Shown: positions 8,765 through 21,601 of the stretch, one piece after another
Numbering within the stretch: position 1 is the stretch's first letter
Layout: each line of letters starts with the position of its first letter
DNA from: an uncultured Alphaproteobacteria bacterium
Lineage (GTDB): Bacteria; Pseudomonadota; Alphaproteobacteria; ATCC43930; CGMCC-115725
Length of the DNA: 64,000 nucleotides
Reading direction: 5' to 3'
Assembly (NCBI GenBank): GCA_963753665.1
Contig: CAVWDC010000030.1
Span: forward strand, 58,034-122,033
Notes under the pieces: generated by a model
The model's database searches: none
Told to the model about the DNA's origin: nothing
What the model saw: the letters and a program-made list of their open reading frames with translations, nothing else
Made by a program: the position numbers and the translations under genes

Positions 8765-9643
8765 ATGCGGATAGGGTTTGTCGGCGCCGGGACGATGGGC
8801 GCGCCGATCGCGGAATGCCTGATCGGCGCCGGGCATCGGCTGACCGTCTACGACGTCAGGCCCGCTGCCATGGCGCCGCTGGCAGCGCTCGGGGCGGCGC
8901 TGGCCGACAGCCCGATGGAGGCCGCCTACGCCGCCGAGGCCGTGTTTACCTCGCTGCCCGGCCCGTCCGAGGTCGAAGCCGCCGCGCTCGATCCCGAACG
9001 CGGCATCTTCGCCGGGCTGCGCCGCGGCGGCGCCTATATCGATCTGACGACCAACGCGCCCGCCACGATCCGCCGCCTCGCCGAAGCCGCCGGCAAGCGC
9101 GACATCCGCTTTCTCGACGCGCCGGTCAGCGGCCGGCCGCCCGACATGACCGTGATGATCGGCGGCCGCGAAGCCGACGTCACACATTGCCGCCCGCTGT
9201 TCGAGGCGATCGCGGCCAACATCTTTCATGTCGGGCCGAGCGGCGCCGGCTGTGTCGCCAAGCTGGTGACGCAATATCTCGGCTATACCGGCTTTATCGC
9301 CGCGCTCGAGGGCATGCTGGTCGCCGCCAAGGCCGGCATCGACCTCGATATGCTGGCCCGCATCGTGCCGGTCAGCGCCGGCGCCAGCCGCACCTTCGCC
9401 AACATCCCGCGCGGCGTCCTCACCCGCAGCTTCGCGGCCGGCGGCACGCTCGACATCGTCGCCAAGGACATGGACCTCGCCGTCGCGCTGGCCCGCGAGG
9501 TCGGGGCGCCGGGCGCGCTCGGCGCGCTCGCCCTCGACGCCTACAAGCGCGCCCAGGCGCACGGCTGGGGCGGCGAAGGCTTCCCGGTCGTCGCCCGCAT
9601 CCTCGAAGCGATGGCGGGGGTGGAGATCAAATCGGGAGAATAG
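8765..9643 (+). CDS. NAD(P)-dependent beta-hydroxyacid dehydrogenase family oxidoreductase (3-hydroxyisobutyrate dehydrogenase-like)
   Basis: ATG 8765 within ORF 8603..9643. Rossmann N-terminus MRIGFVGAGTMGAPIA; FLDAPVSG; VGPSGAGCVAKLV. Intact. Confidence 0.85.
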   Translation: MRIGFVGAGTMGAPIAECLIGAGHRLTVYDVRPAAMAPLAALGAALADSPMEAAYAAEAVFTSLPGPSEVEAAALDPERGIFAGLRRGGAYIDLTTNAPATIRRLAEAAGKRDIRFLDAPVSGRPPDMTVMIGGREADVTHCRPLFEAIAANIFHVGPSGAGCVAKLVTQYLGYTGFIAALEGMLVAAKAGIDLDMLARIVPVSAGASRTFANIPRGVLTRSFAAGGTLDIVAKDMDLAVALAREVGAPGALGALALDAYKRAQAHGWGGEGFPVVARILEAMAGVEIKSGE

Positions 9644-9803
9644 AAGCCGAACCCATCCGCATCCCGGCATCCTCGCCTGGATTTCGGTCCGAGCCCGTCC
9701 TAAATAGGCCGCGACCGGGTTCGTCCGGCAGGCTTCAACGTTCACGTCGGTCTTTCGCAGGACCGGGGTTTGCCCGGTCCGCTCGCTTTGCTGTGTGAGG
9801 ATC

Positions 9804-10904
9804 ATGGGGTTCAATTGCGGCATTGTCGGATTGCCGAATGTCGGCAAATCGACGCTGTTCAACGCGCTGACCGCGACCGAAGCGGCCGAGGCGGCGAATT
9901 ATCCGTTCTGCACGATCGAGCCGAATGTCGGCCGCGTCGCGGTGCCCGACGAGCGGCTCGCGGTGTGCGCCCGCCTCGCGAAATCGGCAAAGATCGTGCC
10001 CACCCAGCTCGAATTCGTCGACATCGCCGGTCTCGTCCGCGGCGCCTCGCAAGGGCAGGGGCTCGGCAACCAGTTCCTGGGGCACATCCGCGAGGTCGAT
10101 GCGATCGCCCAGGTCCTGCGCTGCTTCGACGACGACAACGTCGTGCATGTCGAGGGCTCGGTCGATCCGATCCGCGACGCCGAGACCGTCGAGACCGAGC
10201 TGATGCTGGCCGATCTCGACAGCCTCGAACGCCGCCTCGTCGCGGCCCAGAAGCGCGCCCGCGGCGGCGAGCGCGAGGCCCGCGCGCAGCTCGAAATCAT
10301 CGAACCGGCGCTCGCCGCGCTGCGCGACGGCAAGCCGGCGCGGCTGGCGGCGATCCCCTCCGACCGAGGGCGCGAGTTGCAGGCGCTGCAATTGCTGACC
10401 GCGAAGCCGATCCTCTATATCGCCAATGTCGACGAGGCGAGCGCCGCGACCGGCAACCGCGAGAGCCGGCGGGTCGCCGATTACGCCGCGACGCAGGGGG
10501 CGCGCTCGGTCGTGATCTCGGCGGCGATCGAGGCCGAAGTCGCGCATCTCGGCGACGCCGACGAAAGGGGAGAATTCCTCGCCGCGCTCGGCCTCGGCGA
10601 GACCGGGCTCGACCGCGTCATCCGCGAGGGCTATGCGCTGCTGGACCTGATCACCTTCCTGACCGCCGGGCCGAAGGAGGCGCGCGCCTGGACGGTGACG
10701 CGCGGCACCAAGGCGCCGCAGGCCGCCGGAGCCATCCACAGCGATTTCGAGAAGGGCTTCATCCGCGCCGAGACGATCGCCTACGCCGATTTCGTCGCCT
10801 GCGGCGGCGAGCAGGGGGCGAAGGACGCCGGCAAAATGCGTCTCGAAGGCGCCGACTACGTCGTGCAGGACGGCGATGTCATGCATTTCCGCTTCAATTT
10901 ATGA
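9804..10904 (+). CDS. ychF: redox-regulated ribosome-binding ATPase YchF
   Basis: MGFNCGIVGLPNVGKSTLFNALT P-loop, FVDIAGLV, and the C-terminal TGS-like end VQDGDVMHFRFN. Intact. Confidence 0.95.
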   Translation: MGFNCGIVGLPNVGKSTLFNALTATEAAEAANYPFCTIEPNVGRVAVPDERLAVCARLAKSAKIVPTQLEFVDIAGLVRGASQGQGLGNQFLGHIREVDAIAQVLRCFDDDNVVHVEGSVDPIRDAETVETELMLADLDSLERRLVAAQKRARGGEREARAQLEIIEPALAALRDGKPARLAAIPSDRGRELQALQLLTAKPILYIANVDEASAATGNRESRRVADYAATQGARSVVISAAIEAEVAHLGDADERGEFLAALGLGETGLDRVIREGYALLDLITFLTAGPKEARAWTVTRGTKAPQAAGAIHSDFEKGFIRAETIAYADFVACGGEQGAKDAGKMRLEGADYVVQDGDVMHFRFNL

Positions 10905-10928
10905 GGGCTGAGCGTTCGGGATCGGACC

Positions 10929-11612
10929 GTGAGGACCCCGAAATCGGTACGCGCCGCCGAGGAGCTGGGTCGCGTGCGGTTGTCGCCGTCGTTCTTCATG
11001 CGCGATTTCCTGCACAGCGAAATCGGCAACGTCCACAGCATCCCGAATCTGCCGGATGCCCCGGATGTGGCGATCGCCGCCGGACGCCGGTTATGCGAGG
11101 AATTGCTGGAGCCGCTGCAGGCGACCTTCGGACGGCTCGCGATCCGCTCGGCCTACCGATCACCGGCGGTGAATGCTTACGGCAACGCGCATTACCACAG
11201 TTGCGGCTCGAACGAGCGCAACTGCGCCCGCCACATCTGGGACCGGCGCGACGCGCAGGGCTGGATGGGTGCGATGGCCTGCATCGTCGTGCCGTGGTTC
11301 GCCGACCGCTACGCCGGCGGAACGCCGTGGCAGGCAATGGCGTGGTGGATACACGACCACCTGCCCTATAGCGAGCTGCAGTTCTTTCCAAAGCTTGCGG
11401 CGTTCAACATCGGCTGGCACGAACGCCCGAAGCGCCGGATATACAGTTTTATCGCGCCGCGTGGCCTCCTGACCAAGCCCGGCATGGCCAACCACGACGG
11501 CAACCATGCCGCCGAATACCGCGGGTTTCCTGCATCGGTGAGTCCTGGCCGTAACCCCGCGCTATCACCTCAGGTAGACGCACCCGCAGAGCACTATGGG
11601 GCGCGCCCATAA
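10929..11612 (+). CDS. conserved hypothetical protein, possibly LAS/peptidase M15-like metal-binding fold
   Basis: GTG 10929; 227 aa, intact. IRSAYRSPAVN, ARHIWDRRD and NIGWHE loosely resemble the SxYR / Hx(n)D / xWH pattern of M15-type peptidases. The assignment is tentative. Confidence 0.45.
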   Translation: MRTPKSVRAAEELGRVRLSPSFFMRDFLHSEIGNVHSIPNLPDAPDVAIAAGRRLCEELLEPLQATFGRLAIRSAYRSPAVNAYGNAHYHSCGSNERNCARHIWDRRDAQGWMGAMACIVVPWFADRYAGGTPWQAMAWWIHDHLPYSELQFFPKLAAFNIGWHERPKRRIYSFIAPRGLLTKPGMANHDGNHAAEYRGFPASVSPGRNPALSPQVDAPAEHYGARP

Positions 11613-11682
11613 TCGGGAACCTTCGGGGGCGGCAAGCGTGTAAATTGGGCCGAACATCTTTCGACTATCGCGATTGCGCGTG

Positions 11683-12978
<1,296 letters not shown>

Positions 12979-12981
12979 GCC

Positions 12982-13998
12982 ATGCCCGAGATGACGATGG
13001 TGCAGGCGCTGAACTCGGCGATGGACGTGATGCTGGCGCGCGACCCCGACGTCGTGATCTTCGGCGAGGATGTCGGGTTCTTCGGCGGCGTCTTCCGCGT
13101 CACCGAGGGGCTGCAGAAGAAGCACGGCGAAACGCGCGTGTTCGACACGCCGATCGCCGAGGGCGGCATGATGGCGGTCGCGGTCGGGATGGGCGCCTAC
13201 GGTCTGCGGCCGGTCGTCGAGATCCAGTTCGCCGACTACATCTATCCCGCGACCGACCAGCTGGTCTCGGCGGCGGCGCGGCTGCGCTACCGCTCGGGCG
13301 GCGAGTTCTGGGCGCCGATCACGGTGCGCGCGCCGTGCTGGCGGCGGCATTTTCGGCGGCCAGACGCACAGCCAGAGCGTCGAGGCGATGTTCACCCATG
13401 TCTGCGGCCTGAAGACGGTGATCCCGTCCAATCCCTACGACGCGAAGGGCCTGCTGATCAGCGCCATCGAGGACGACGATCCGGTCGTCTTCTTCGAGCC
13501 GAAGCGCCTCTATCACGGCCCGTTCTACGGCCATCCCGACCGTCCGGCGGTGCCGTGGGCCGGGCATCAGGTCGGCCGAGGTGCCCGAGGGCTACTACAC
13601 CGTGCCGCTCGGCAAGGCGGCGGTCGTGCGCGAGGGCGCGGCGGTGACCGTGCTGGTCTACGGCACGATGGTGCATGTCGCGCTGGCCGCCGCCGAGGAA
13701 TCCGGCATCGACGCCGAGATCATCGACCTGCGCACGCTCTTGCCGCTCGACATCGACACGATCGTCGACTTCGGTCAAGAAGACCGGCCGCTGCGTGATC
13801 GCGCACGAGGCGACCCGCACCTGCGGCTTCGGCGCCGAACTGTCGGCGCTGGTGCAGGAGAATTGCTTCTACCATCTCGAAGCGCCGATCGTGCGCGTCA
13901 CCGGCTGGGACACGCCCTATCCGCATGCGCTCGAATGGGACTATTTCCCCGGGCCGGCGCGCCTCGCCGACGGCCTGCGCCGGGCGCTCGAGGGCTGA
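12982..13998 (+). CDS. bkdA2: branched-chain 2-oxoacid dehydrogenase E1 beta subunit, three frame changes
   Basis: [44 protein letters not shown]..., then [34 protein letters not shown] (ORF 13388..13798). Next comes [13 protein letters not shown] (13581..14102), then [24 protein letters not shown] (13675..13998). Shifts near 13339, 13570 and 13772. Confidence 0.85.
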
Positions 13999-14011
13999 GC
14001 CGGCGACGCGA

Positions 14012-15411
14012 ATGGGCCGCTACGTCATCAAGCTGCCGGATATCGGCGAGGGCATGGCCGAGGCCGAGATCGTCGCCTGGCACGTCGCGCCGGGTCAGGT
14101 GATCCGCGAGGAGGACCCGCTCGTCGATGTGATGACCGACAAGGCGACGGTCGAAATGCCCGCGCCGGTCGCCGGCACGGTCGTCGCGATCCACGGCGAG
14201 CCCGGCGAGAGGCGGCCGGTCGGCTCGGAGCTGGTCGTGCTCGATGTCCTCGGCGAGGGCAATGCGGCGGACGCCGCGGCTGCCGATCTACCCCCGCGAG
14301 GCACGGCATCGCGCGGCCCGCCCCTCACCCCAACCCTCTCCCCGCAAGCGGGGAGAGGGAGCGAGGCGGACGCTCGCGTCGAACGCCGGCGCCACAGGAC
14401 GAAGCGGAGCGGCTGCAAATCCCCTCTCCCCGCTCGCGGGGAGAGGGAGGGGCCCGCGCCGCAGGCGTGGGAGGGTGAGGGGCAAGCGCCGCCGGTCACC
14501 GCCACTCCGATCCCGACTGCCGCGCCGTCCGGCGCACAAAGCCGCTCGCCTCGCCGGCGGTGCGGCGGCGCGCCTGGGATCTCGGCATCGAACTGCAATT
14601 CGTGCCCGGCACCGGTCCGGGCGGCCGCATCACGACGCAGGACCTCGACGCCTATGTCGCGTCCGGCTCCGGCGCAGCGCCTCCGGCCGCCGCCATGCGC
14701 GGACTCGGCGCGGCGCGACGGCGTCGAGGAGGTGCCGGTCATCGGCCTGCGCCGCGCGATCGCCGAGCATCTGCAGAAATCGAAGCGGCAGATCCCGCAT
14801 TTCTCCTACGTCGAGGAGGTCGACGTCACCGCGCTCGAGGAATTGCGCGGCGCGCTCAACGAGACCTACCCCGAGCGCGAGCATCTGACGCTGCTGCCGT
14901 TCCTGATCCGCGCATTGGTGACCGCTGCCGCGGCGCACCCGCAGGTCAACGCCCGCTACGACGACGAGGCCGGCGTGCTGCACCGCCATGCCGCCGTGCA
15001 TGTCGGCATCGCGACGCAGACCGAAGCGGGCTGCTGGTCCCGGTGATCCGCCACGCCGAGGCGCTCGATCTGTGGCAGAGCGCGGCCGAATTGCGGCGGC
15101 TCGCCGCGGCGGCGCGCGACGGCAAGGCGGCGCGCGACGAGCTGACCGGCTCGACGATCACGATCACCAGCCTCGGCCCGCTCGGCGGCCTCGCCGCGAC
15201 CCCGGTCATCAATCACCCCGAGGTCGCGATCATCGGCGTCAACCGCATCGCCGAGCGCCCGGTCGTGCATCAGGGGCAGATCGCGATCCGCAAGATGATG
15301 AACCTGTCCTCCTCGTTCGATCACCGCATCGTCGACGGCTGGGAAGCCGCCTCGTTCATCCAGCGCATCAAACGCCAGCTCGAACACCCGGCGATGCTGT
15401 TCGTCGGCTGA
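14012..15411 (+). CDS. bkdB: branched-chain 2-oxoacid dehydrogenase E2 (dihydrolipoyl acyltransferase), three frame changes and a repeat-derived linker
   Basis: Lipoyl domain [25 protein letters not shown]...[15 protein letters not shown]3-binding domain [36 protein letters not shown] (ORF 14560 frame). Catalytic domain [13 protein letters not shown]...[16 protein letters not shown]. Shifts near 14525, 14705 and 15035. Confidence 0.85.
14321..14483. repeat. pair of R1 REP-like units inside the bkdB inter-domain linker
   Basis: cccctcaccccaaccctctccccgcaagcggggagaggga... and cccctctccccgctcgcggggagagggaggggcccgcgccgcaggcgtgggagggtgaggggc match the intergenic copies at 4134 and 5240. Confidence 0.8.
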
Positions 15412-15863
15412 CCGTTTTTTCGCCTTCAAGAGAGCCCCATGGCCGGGCTTGACCCGTGGACTTTCAGCCCACGGACTTGATCCGTGGGCATTCACGTCTG
15501 TTCCCAAATCCTGGCGCGCATTTCTGAGAGCCTGGCGGTTTGCCGGGCGTGAGGTAGGGTGGCGCAGGGCCGAGGGGTGTGTGATGCGCGGCGACACAGC
15601 AGCTGGGTCGCGGCGGGCGGATTTCGCCTTGGGGGGCTCGGCATCCGAGGTCATCTTGCCGCCATCAAAAGCGGCCACCACCGCGCGCCATCGACCGGTG
15701 CATTGTGCCGAGCTCGCAATGCCGGGTCCATCTGCGCCGCGGCGTCGTCGAAATCGATCTCCTGCCCGTTATAGCTGACTGTCGTCATTCGGGCTTGCAT
15801 AGCGGCCGCCGCGATCGCAAGGTAAGCCTCAACCCGAAAGCCCGTGCCGACACCCTCGCCTGG

Positions 15864-16754
15864 TCACGTCGACTCCGCGCCGGCGCGGCGGATCAGTTCG
15901 TAGAGCGCGACAGCCGCCGCGTTCGACACGTTGAGGCTCGGCATTTCGGGCCGGGTCGGCAGGCGCGCGAGGAAGTCGCAGCGCTCGCGCACGAGCCGGC
16001 GCAGCCCGCCGCCCTCGGCACCGAGCACCAGCACCGCGCGCGCGCCGAGATCGACCGCCGACAGCGGCGCTCGGCGCGATCTTCGTCGAGGCCGCAGCTC
16101 CAGAACCCTTCCTCCTTCAGCCGGTCGAGCGCGCGCGCCAGATTGACGACGCGGACCAGCGGCACGAGGTCGAGCGCGCCCGAGGCGGCCTTGGCGAGCG
16201 CCGCGCTCGCTGGCGGCGTGCCGTGCTCGGAAACGATCACCGCGGCGGCCCCGAACGCGGCGGCCGAGCGCAGCACGGCGCCGACATTGTGCGGATCGCT
16301 GACCTGGTCGAGCATCACGATCAGAGCGCGGCCGCTCGGTTACTGCGCCCTCGCGTCACCGCGATCGCGCGCAGGACGTCGTCGAGATCGGCCGGGTCGA
16401 GCGGCTCGACCTGCAGCGCCCAGCCCTGATGCACCGCGCCCTCGGGCAGCAGCGCCTCCAAGGCGGCGCGGTCGAGCACCTCGATCGGGTCGGCCGTCCC
16501 GCGCCGCTCGGCGCGCGACGCGGCGACCAGCGCAGCGGCCTCCGCTTCCTGTCCCGACAGAACCGCCAGGCGGCGCCAGCGCCGCTGCGGGTTGGCGAGC
16601 GCCGCCGCCACCGCGTGGCGGCCGTAGAGCCAGTCGGCGCCGCGGCGTCGCGGCGGACGGGACGGGCGAGGTGGCAGTGTTCTTTCGGGCGACCGCGGCG
16701 TCCGAAGGCGTCGGCCTGCGCGGTGCGGCGGCGACGCGTTTCTTGCCTGGCCAT
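15864..16754 (-). CDS. TrmH/SpoU-family rRNA 2'-O-methyltransferase (RlmB-like), three frame changes
   Basis: [21 protein letters not shown] (ORF 15893..16318). [19 protein letters not shown] and [14 protein letters not shown] are readable one frame over. The N-terminal part is in ORFs 16321..16611 and 16356..16754. Shifts near 16060, 16330 and 16630. Confidence 0.75.
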
Positions 16755-17013
16755 GTCCCGGCTCCTAATGCTTGCAGGGCAGCCGGGGAAGAGGTCCGCT
16801 TCCGCGGCGCCCTGGTCCTCAGATCCGGACCTTGATTGAAAATCTTGATCCGGGACATCGGAGACCGGAGGAGCGGATTTTCATCCTTACACTCCTCCCA
16901 GTCGCGGAGGCCAATTCCCCCGCGACACAGGGACGTATCCGAAGCGGGCGGATCGAAACAGGACGCGGCGCAGCCGTCAGGCCTCGACGACTGCCCGGCT
17001 GCCGCGCCCGTTA

Positions 17014-17042
17014 TTGACAAAACCGGGGCAAGCCCTTATGAC
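17014..17042 (+). promoter_or_regulatory. candidate sigma-70 type promoter for the tRNA-tuf transcription unit
   Basis: TTGACA (17014-17019), 17 nt spacer, TATGAC (17037-17042), about 65 nt upstream of tRNA-Tyr. Confidence 0.4.
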
Positions 17043-17109
17043 GCGCGGTCCGCGGCCGTGGCGCGAAACCCGGGGCGCGAAACCGGCGGCGCGCAGCTTT
17101 TCGCGACGC

Positions 17110-17195
17110 GGAGGGGTGGCCGAGTGGTTAAAGGCAGCAGACTGTAAATCTGCCGGCGGATGCCTACGTAGGTTCGAATCCTACCCCCTCCACCA
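17110..17195 (+). tRNA. tRNA-Tyr (GTA)
   Basis: GGAGGGGTGGCCGAGTGGTTAAAGGCAGCAGACTGTAAATCTGC...GGTTCGAATCCTACCCCCTCCACCA shows a cloverleaf with a long variable arm, anticodon loop CTGTAAA, and encoded CCA. Confidence 0.95.
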
Positions 17196-17263
17196 TCGCC
17201 GCTGCGATTTTCGTTGCGCGGCGCGGGGACGAAGGGCGGTTGATCGGGGTCGGCGGCGCGACT

Positions 17264-17337
<74 letters not shown>

Positions 17338-17407
17338 GCTGCTCGGCCCGCCTCGGGCCCGTGATGATATGATTGCGTTTTTCTCTTGCCGATAGGATGC
17401 CGCAGCG

Positions 17408-18598
<1,191 letters not shown>

Positions 18599-18610
18599 GA
18601 ACGCGACGAT

Positions 18611-18698
18611 CTGTCATTGCGGGCGAAGCGGAGCAATCTCGTCGAGCGCTCCGCGCATGATTGCTTTGTCCCGTTCATGGCGCTCTCGCAATGACGTC
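18611..18698. repeat. palindromic repeat (family R2: GTCATTGCGxGCGAAGCGGAGCAATC)
   Basis: ctgtcattgcgggcgaagcggagcaatct...ggcgctctcgcaatgacg has inverted arms. The antisense translation gives the LLRFARND-type string seen in ORF 18406..18735. Confidence 0.7.
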
Positions 18699-18708
18699 GA
18701 GAGAGCAT

Positions 18709-18784
18709 AGGAGTGTAGCTCAACTGGTAGAGCACCGGTCTCCAAAACCGGGGGTTGGGGGTTCGAGCCCCTCCACTCCTGCCA
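18709..18784 (+). tRNA. tRNA-Trp (CCA)
   Basis: AGGAGTGTAGCTCAACTGGTAGAGCACCGGTCTCCAAAACCGGGGGTTGGGGGTTCGAGCCCCTCCACTCCTGCCA has anticodon loop CTCCAAA. Confidence 0.95.
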
Positions 18785-18873
18785 TTCCGGCGGCGCCGAC
18801 CCTATATTCCGTGTGCTTGTTATCCGTGCGCCGCTCGGCGAGCGCGCCGGCGAAAGGTTTGAAACGATTCGAT

Positions 18874-19071
18874 ATGGCCAGGACCTCACCAACCGAGTTC
18901 ATCCATCAGGTGCGCCAGGAGCTGGGCCGGGTCACGTGGCCGACGCGCAAGGAAACGCTGGTCACGACCGGGATGGTGTTCCTGATGGTGTTCATCGCCG
19001 CGGCGTTTTTCTTCGCGGTCGATCAGGTGCTGTCCTTTGGCGTGCGGCTGATTTACGGGCTCGGGCAGTAG
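18874..19071 (+). CDS. secE: preprotein translocase subunit SecE
   Basis: 65 aa within ORF 18661..19071: MARTSPTEFIHQVRQELGRVTWPTRKETLVTTGMVFLMVFIAAAFFFAVD. It has a single TM helix and the conserved position before nusG. Confidence 0.9.
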   Translation: MARTSPTEFIHQVRQELGRVTWPTRKETLVTTGMVFLMVFIAAAFFFAVDQVLSFGVRLIYGLGQ

Positions 19072-19088
19072 GTTCGGGAGCATCGAGC

Positions 19089-19619
19089 ATGGCCAGCCGC
19101 TGGTATGTCATTCACGTCTATTCCGGCTTCGAGAAGAAGGTCGCCGCGGCGATCCGCGAGCAGGCCGAGCAGAAGGGCGTGGCGGATCGCTTCGAGGAAA
19201 TCCTGGTGCCGACCGAGGAGGTCGTCGAGGTCAAGCGCGGCGCCAAGGTCAGCTCGGAGCGCAAGATCTTTCCGGGCTATGTGCTGATCAAGATGGATCT
19301 CGACGACGAGACCTGGCATCTGGTCAAGAATACCGCGAAGGTGACCGGCTTTCTCGGCGGCCGCGGCAAGCCGTTGCCGATCAGCGACGCCGAGGCGGCC
19401 CGCATCATCCATCAGATTCAGGAAGGGATCGAACGGCCGAAACCGTCGATTACGTTCGAGATCGGCGAGCAGGTGCGGGTCTCGGACGGGCCGTTCACCT
19501 CGTTCAACGGCGTCGTCGAGGAGGTCGACGAGGAGAAGTCGCGGGTCAAGGTCGCCGTCTCGATCTTCGGCCGAGCGACGCCGGTCGAGCTCGAATACTC
19601 GCAGGTCGAGAAGGTGTGA
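19089..19619 (+). CDS. nusG: transcription termination/antitermination factor NusG
   Basis: MASRWYVIHVYSGFEKKV...IFPGYVLIKM...GEQVRVSDGPFTSFNGVVEEVD (NGN plus KOW domains). Intact. Confidence 0.97.
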   Translation: MASRWYVIHVYSGFEKKVAAAIREQAEQKGVADRFEEILVPTEEVVEVKRGAKVSSERKIFPGYVLIKMDLDDETWHLVKNTAKVTGFLGGRGKPLPISDAEAARIIHQIQEGIERPKPSITFEIGEQVRVSDGPFTSFNGVVEEVDEEKSRVKVAVSIFGRATPVELEYSQVEKV

Positions 19620-19633
19620 GCACGGCGTCGGGT

Positions 19634-19668
19634 GCGAGCATCCCGGCGAAAGCCGGGATCCATGGGTC
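19634..19668. repeat. hairpin repeat (family R3, ATCCCGGCGAAAGCCGGGAT type)
   Basis: atcccggc-gaaa-gccgggat hairpin directly after nusG. The antisense translation gives the PAFAGM string (ORF 19546..21051). Related units lie at 15441-15490 and 26494-26614. Confidence 0.65.
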
Positions 19669-19728
19669 AGCGGGGATGCGGCGGCGGCGATGGGCCCCGG
19701 CCGTCGCCGGGGTGGGTGAGGATAGAGA

Positions 19729-20161
19729 ATGGCGAAGAAAATCGTCGGGTTGATCAAGCTGCAGGTGCCGGCCGGCAAGGCGAACCCGTCGCCGCCGATC
19801 GGCCCCGCGCTGGGTCAACGCGGTCTCAACATCATGGAGTTCTGCAAGGCGTTCAACGCGCAGACGCAGAACCTCGAAGTCGGCATGCCGATCCCGGTCG
19901 TGATCACGGCCTATGGCGACCGCAGCTTTACCTTCGTGACCAAGACGCCGCCGGCCAGCTATTTCCTGAAAAAGGCGGCCGGGGTCGAGAAGGGCTCGCA
20001 GACGACCGGCAAGGGCGCCACGGTCGGGCGGGTCACGATGGAGCAGATCCGCGAGATCGCCGCAGCAGAAGATGGAGGATCTCAACGCCAACGATCTCGA
20101 CGCGGCGTGCCGGATGGTGATCGGCTCGGCCCGCTCGATGGGCCTCGAGGTCGTCGAATAA
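19729..20161 (+). CDS. rplK: 50S ribosomal protein L11, one frame change
   Basis: [44 protein letters not shown]... The C-terminus [35 protein letters not shown] is one frame over from about 20063. Confidence 0.93.
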
Positions 20162-20184
20162 TACCGGATCAGCGGGAGCGGAAC

Positions 20185-20895
20185 ATGGCCAAGCTCGGCA
20201 AGCGGCTGAAAAAGGCTTACGAGGGGATCGACCCGAACGCGACGCCGTTGCGCATCGACGAGGCGGTCAAGCAGATCAAGTCGCGCGCCTCGGCGAAGTT
20301 CGACGAGACGGTCGAAATCTCGATGAACCTGAACGTCGATCCGCGCAAGCCCGACCAGAACTTGCGCGGCACCGTGATGCTGCCGCACGGCACCGGCAAG
20401 CCGGTGCGGGTCGCGGTGTTCGCCCGCGGCGACAAGGCGCGCGAGGCCGAGGCGGCCGGCGCCGACGTCGTCGGCGCCGAGGACCTCGTCGAGCAGGTGC
20501 AGGCCGGCAACATCAATTTCGACCGTGCCGTCGCGACGCCGGACATGATGGCGCTGGTCGGCCGGCTCGGCAAGATTCTGGGGCCGCGCGGGCTGATGCC
20601 GAACCCGCGGCTCGGCACGGTGACGCAGAACGTCACCGAGGCGGTACAGGCGGTGAAAGGCGGCCAGGTCGAGTTCCGCGCCGAGAAGGCCGGCATCGTT
20701 CATGCCGGGGTCGGCAAAGCGAGCTTTACTGACGACGCGCTGGTCGATAATGTGCGCGCCTTTGTCGGCGCGATCACGCGGGGCAAGCCGAGCGGCGTCA
20801 AGGGCACCTACATCAAGCGGGTTCATCTGAGCTCGACGATGGGGCCGGCCGTCGACGTCGATCTCGCCGGGCTTGGCGAGGAGACGAGGGCCTGA
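20185..20895 (+). CDS. rplA: 50S ribosomal protein L1
   Basis: [16 protein letters not shown]...[34 protein letters not shown]... Intact, read inside listed ORF 19729..20895. Confidence 0.96.
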   Translation: MAKLGKRLKKAYEGIDPNATPLRIDEAVKQIKSRASAKFDETVEISMNLNVDPRKPDQNLRGTVMLPHGTGKPVRVAVFARGDKAREAEAAGADVVGAEDLVEQVQAGNINFDRAVATPDMMALVGRLGKILGPRGLMPNPRLGTVTQNVTEAVQAVKGGQVEFRAEKAGIVHAGVGKASFTDDALVDNVRAFVGAITRGKPSGVKGTYIKRVHLSSTMGPAVDVDLAGLGEETRA

Positions 20896-20970
20896 GCCTG
20901 CGGGATTCGGCCGCCTGCGGTGCGGTTCTGCCGCGCGGTTCATGGTGCCGTGAACGAGTGGAGATGATCG

Positions 20971-21520
20971 GTGGATCGAGCGCAGAAGCAGCTTTTGACC
21001 GCGAATCTGCGTCAGGATCTGGCCGACACGGTCTGCGTCGTAGTGACGCATCAGAGCGGGTTGACCGTCGCCGAGGTGACGCAGCTGCGCCGTCAGATGC
21101 GCGGTGCCGGTGCGCGCTATCGCGTCACCAAGAACCGGCTGGTGAAGCGCGCGCTCGAAGGGACGCGGTTCGAGGGTCTGGCGCCGCTGTTTACCGGGCC
21201 GACCGCGATCGCGTTTTCCGAGGATCCGGTGGCGGCGGCCAAGGCAGCGGTCGAGTACGCCAACCGCAACAACAAGCTGACGATCGTCGGCGGCGGCCTC
21301 TCGGGCCAGGTGCTCGACGAGGCCGGGGTCAAGGCGCTGGCGACGCTGCCCTCGCTCGACGAGCTGCGCGGCAGGATCATCGGCCTGATCAACGCGCCGG
21401 CGACCAAGCTCGCGGTGCTGCTGCAGACCCCGGCCGGACAGGTGGCGCGGGTTGCTCGCCGCCTATGCCGAGAAGAGCGGCGAATCCGGCGAGCGAGGAG
21501 GTCTGCCGGGGGCGAGGTAG
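20971..21520 (+). CDS. rplJ: 50S ribosomal protein L10, one frame change near the 3' end
   Basis: GTG 20971: VDRAQKQLLTANLRQDLADTVCVVVTHQSGLTVAEVTQLRRQMR... The expected tail VLAAYAEKSGESGE... is one frame over from about 21455 and ends at TAG 21518-21520. Confidence 0.9.
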
Positions 21521-21601
21521 CGTAACGCCGGACAAGCGCGGCGCCGAGCCGCGAGAATTGGTCGCGAGCACAGTCATTTGTAAGGCGCAATCGGGAGTGG
21601 G

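Noticed and set aside
8564-10886. Minus-strand ORFs 8564..9862 and 9735..10886.
   Set aside because: They are antisense to the intact dehydrogenase and ychF genes, with the shadow-ORF composition typical of high-GC DNA.
16340-17020. 226-aa minus-strand ORF upstream of and overlapping the methyltransferase gene.
   Set aside because: It is an Arg/Ala/Gly-rich out-of-frame reading of the RlmB-like N-terminal region. The genuine frame is recoverable from ORFs 16321..16611 and 16356..16754.
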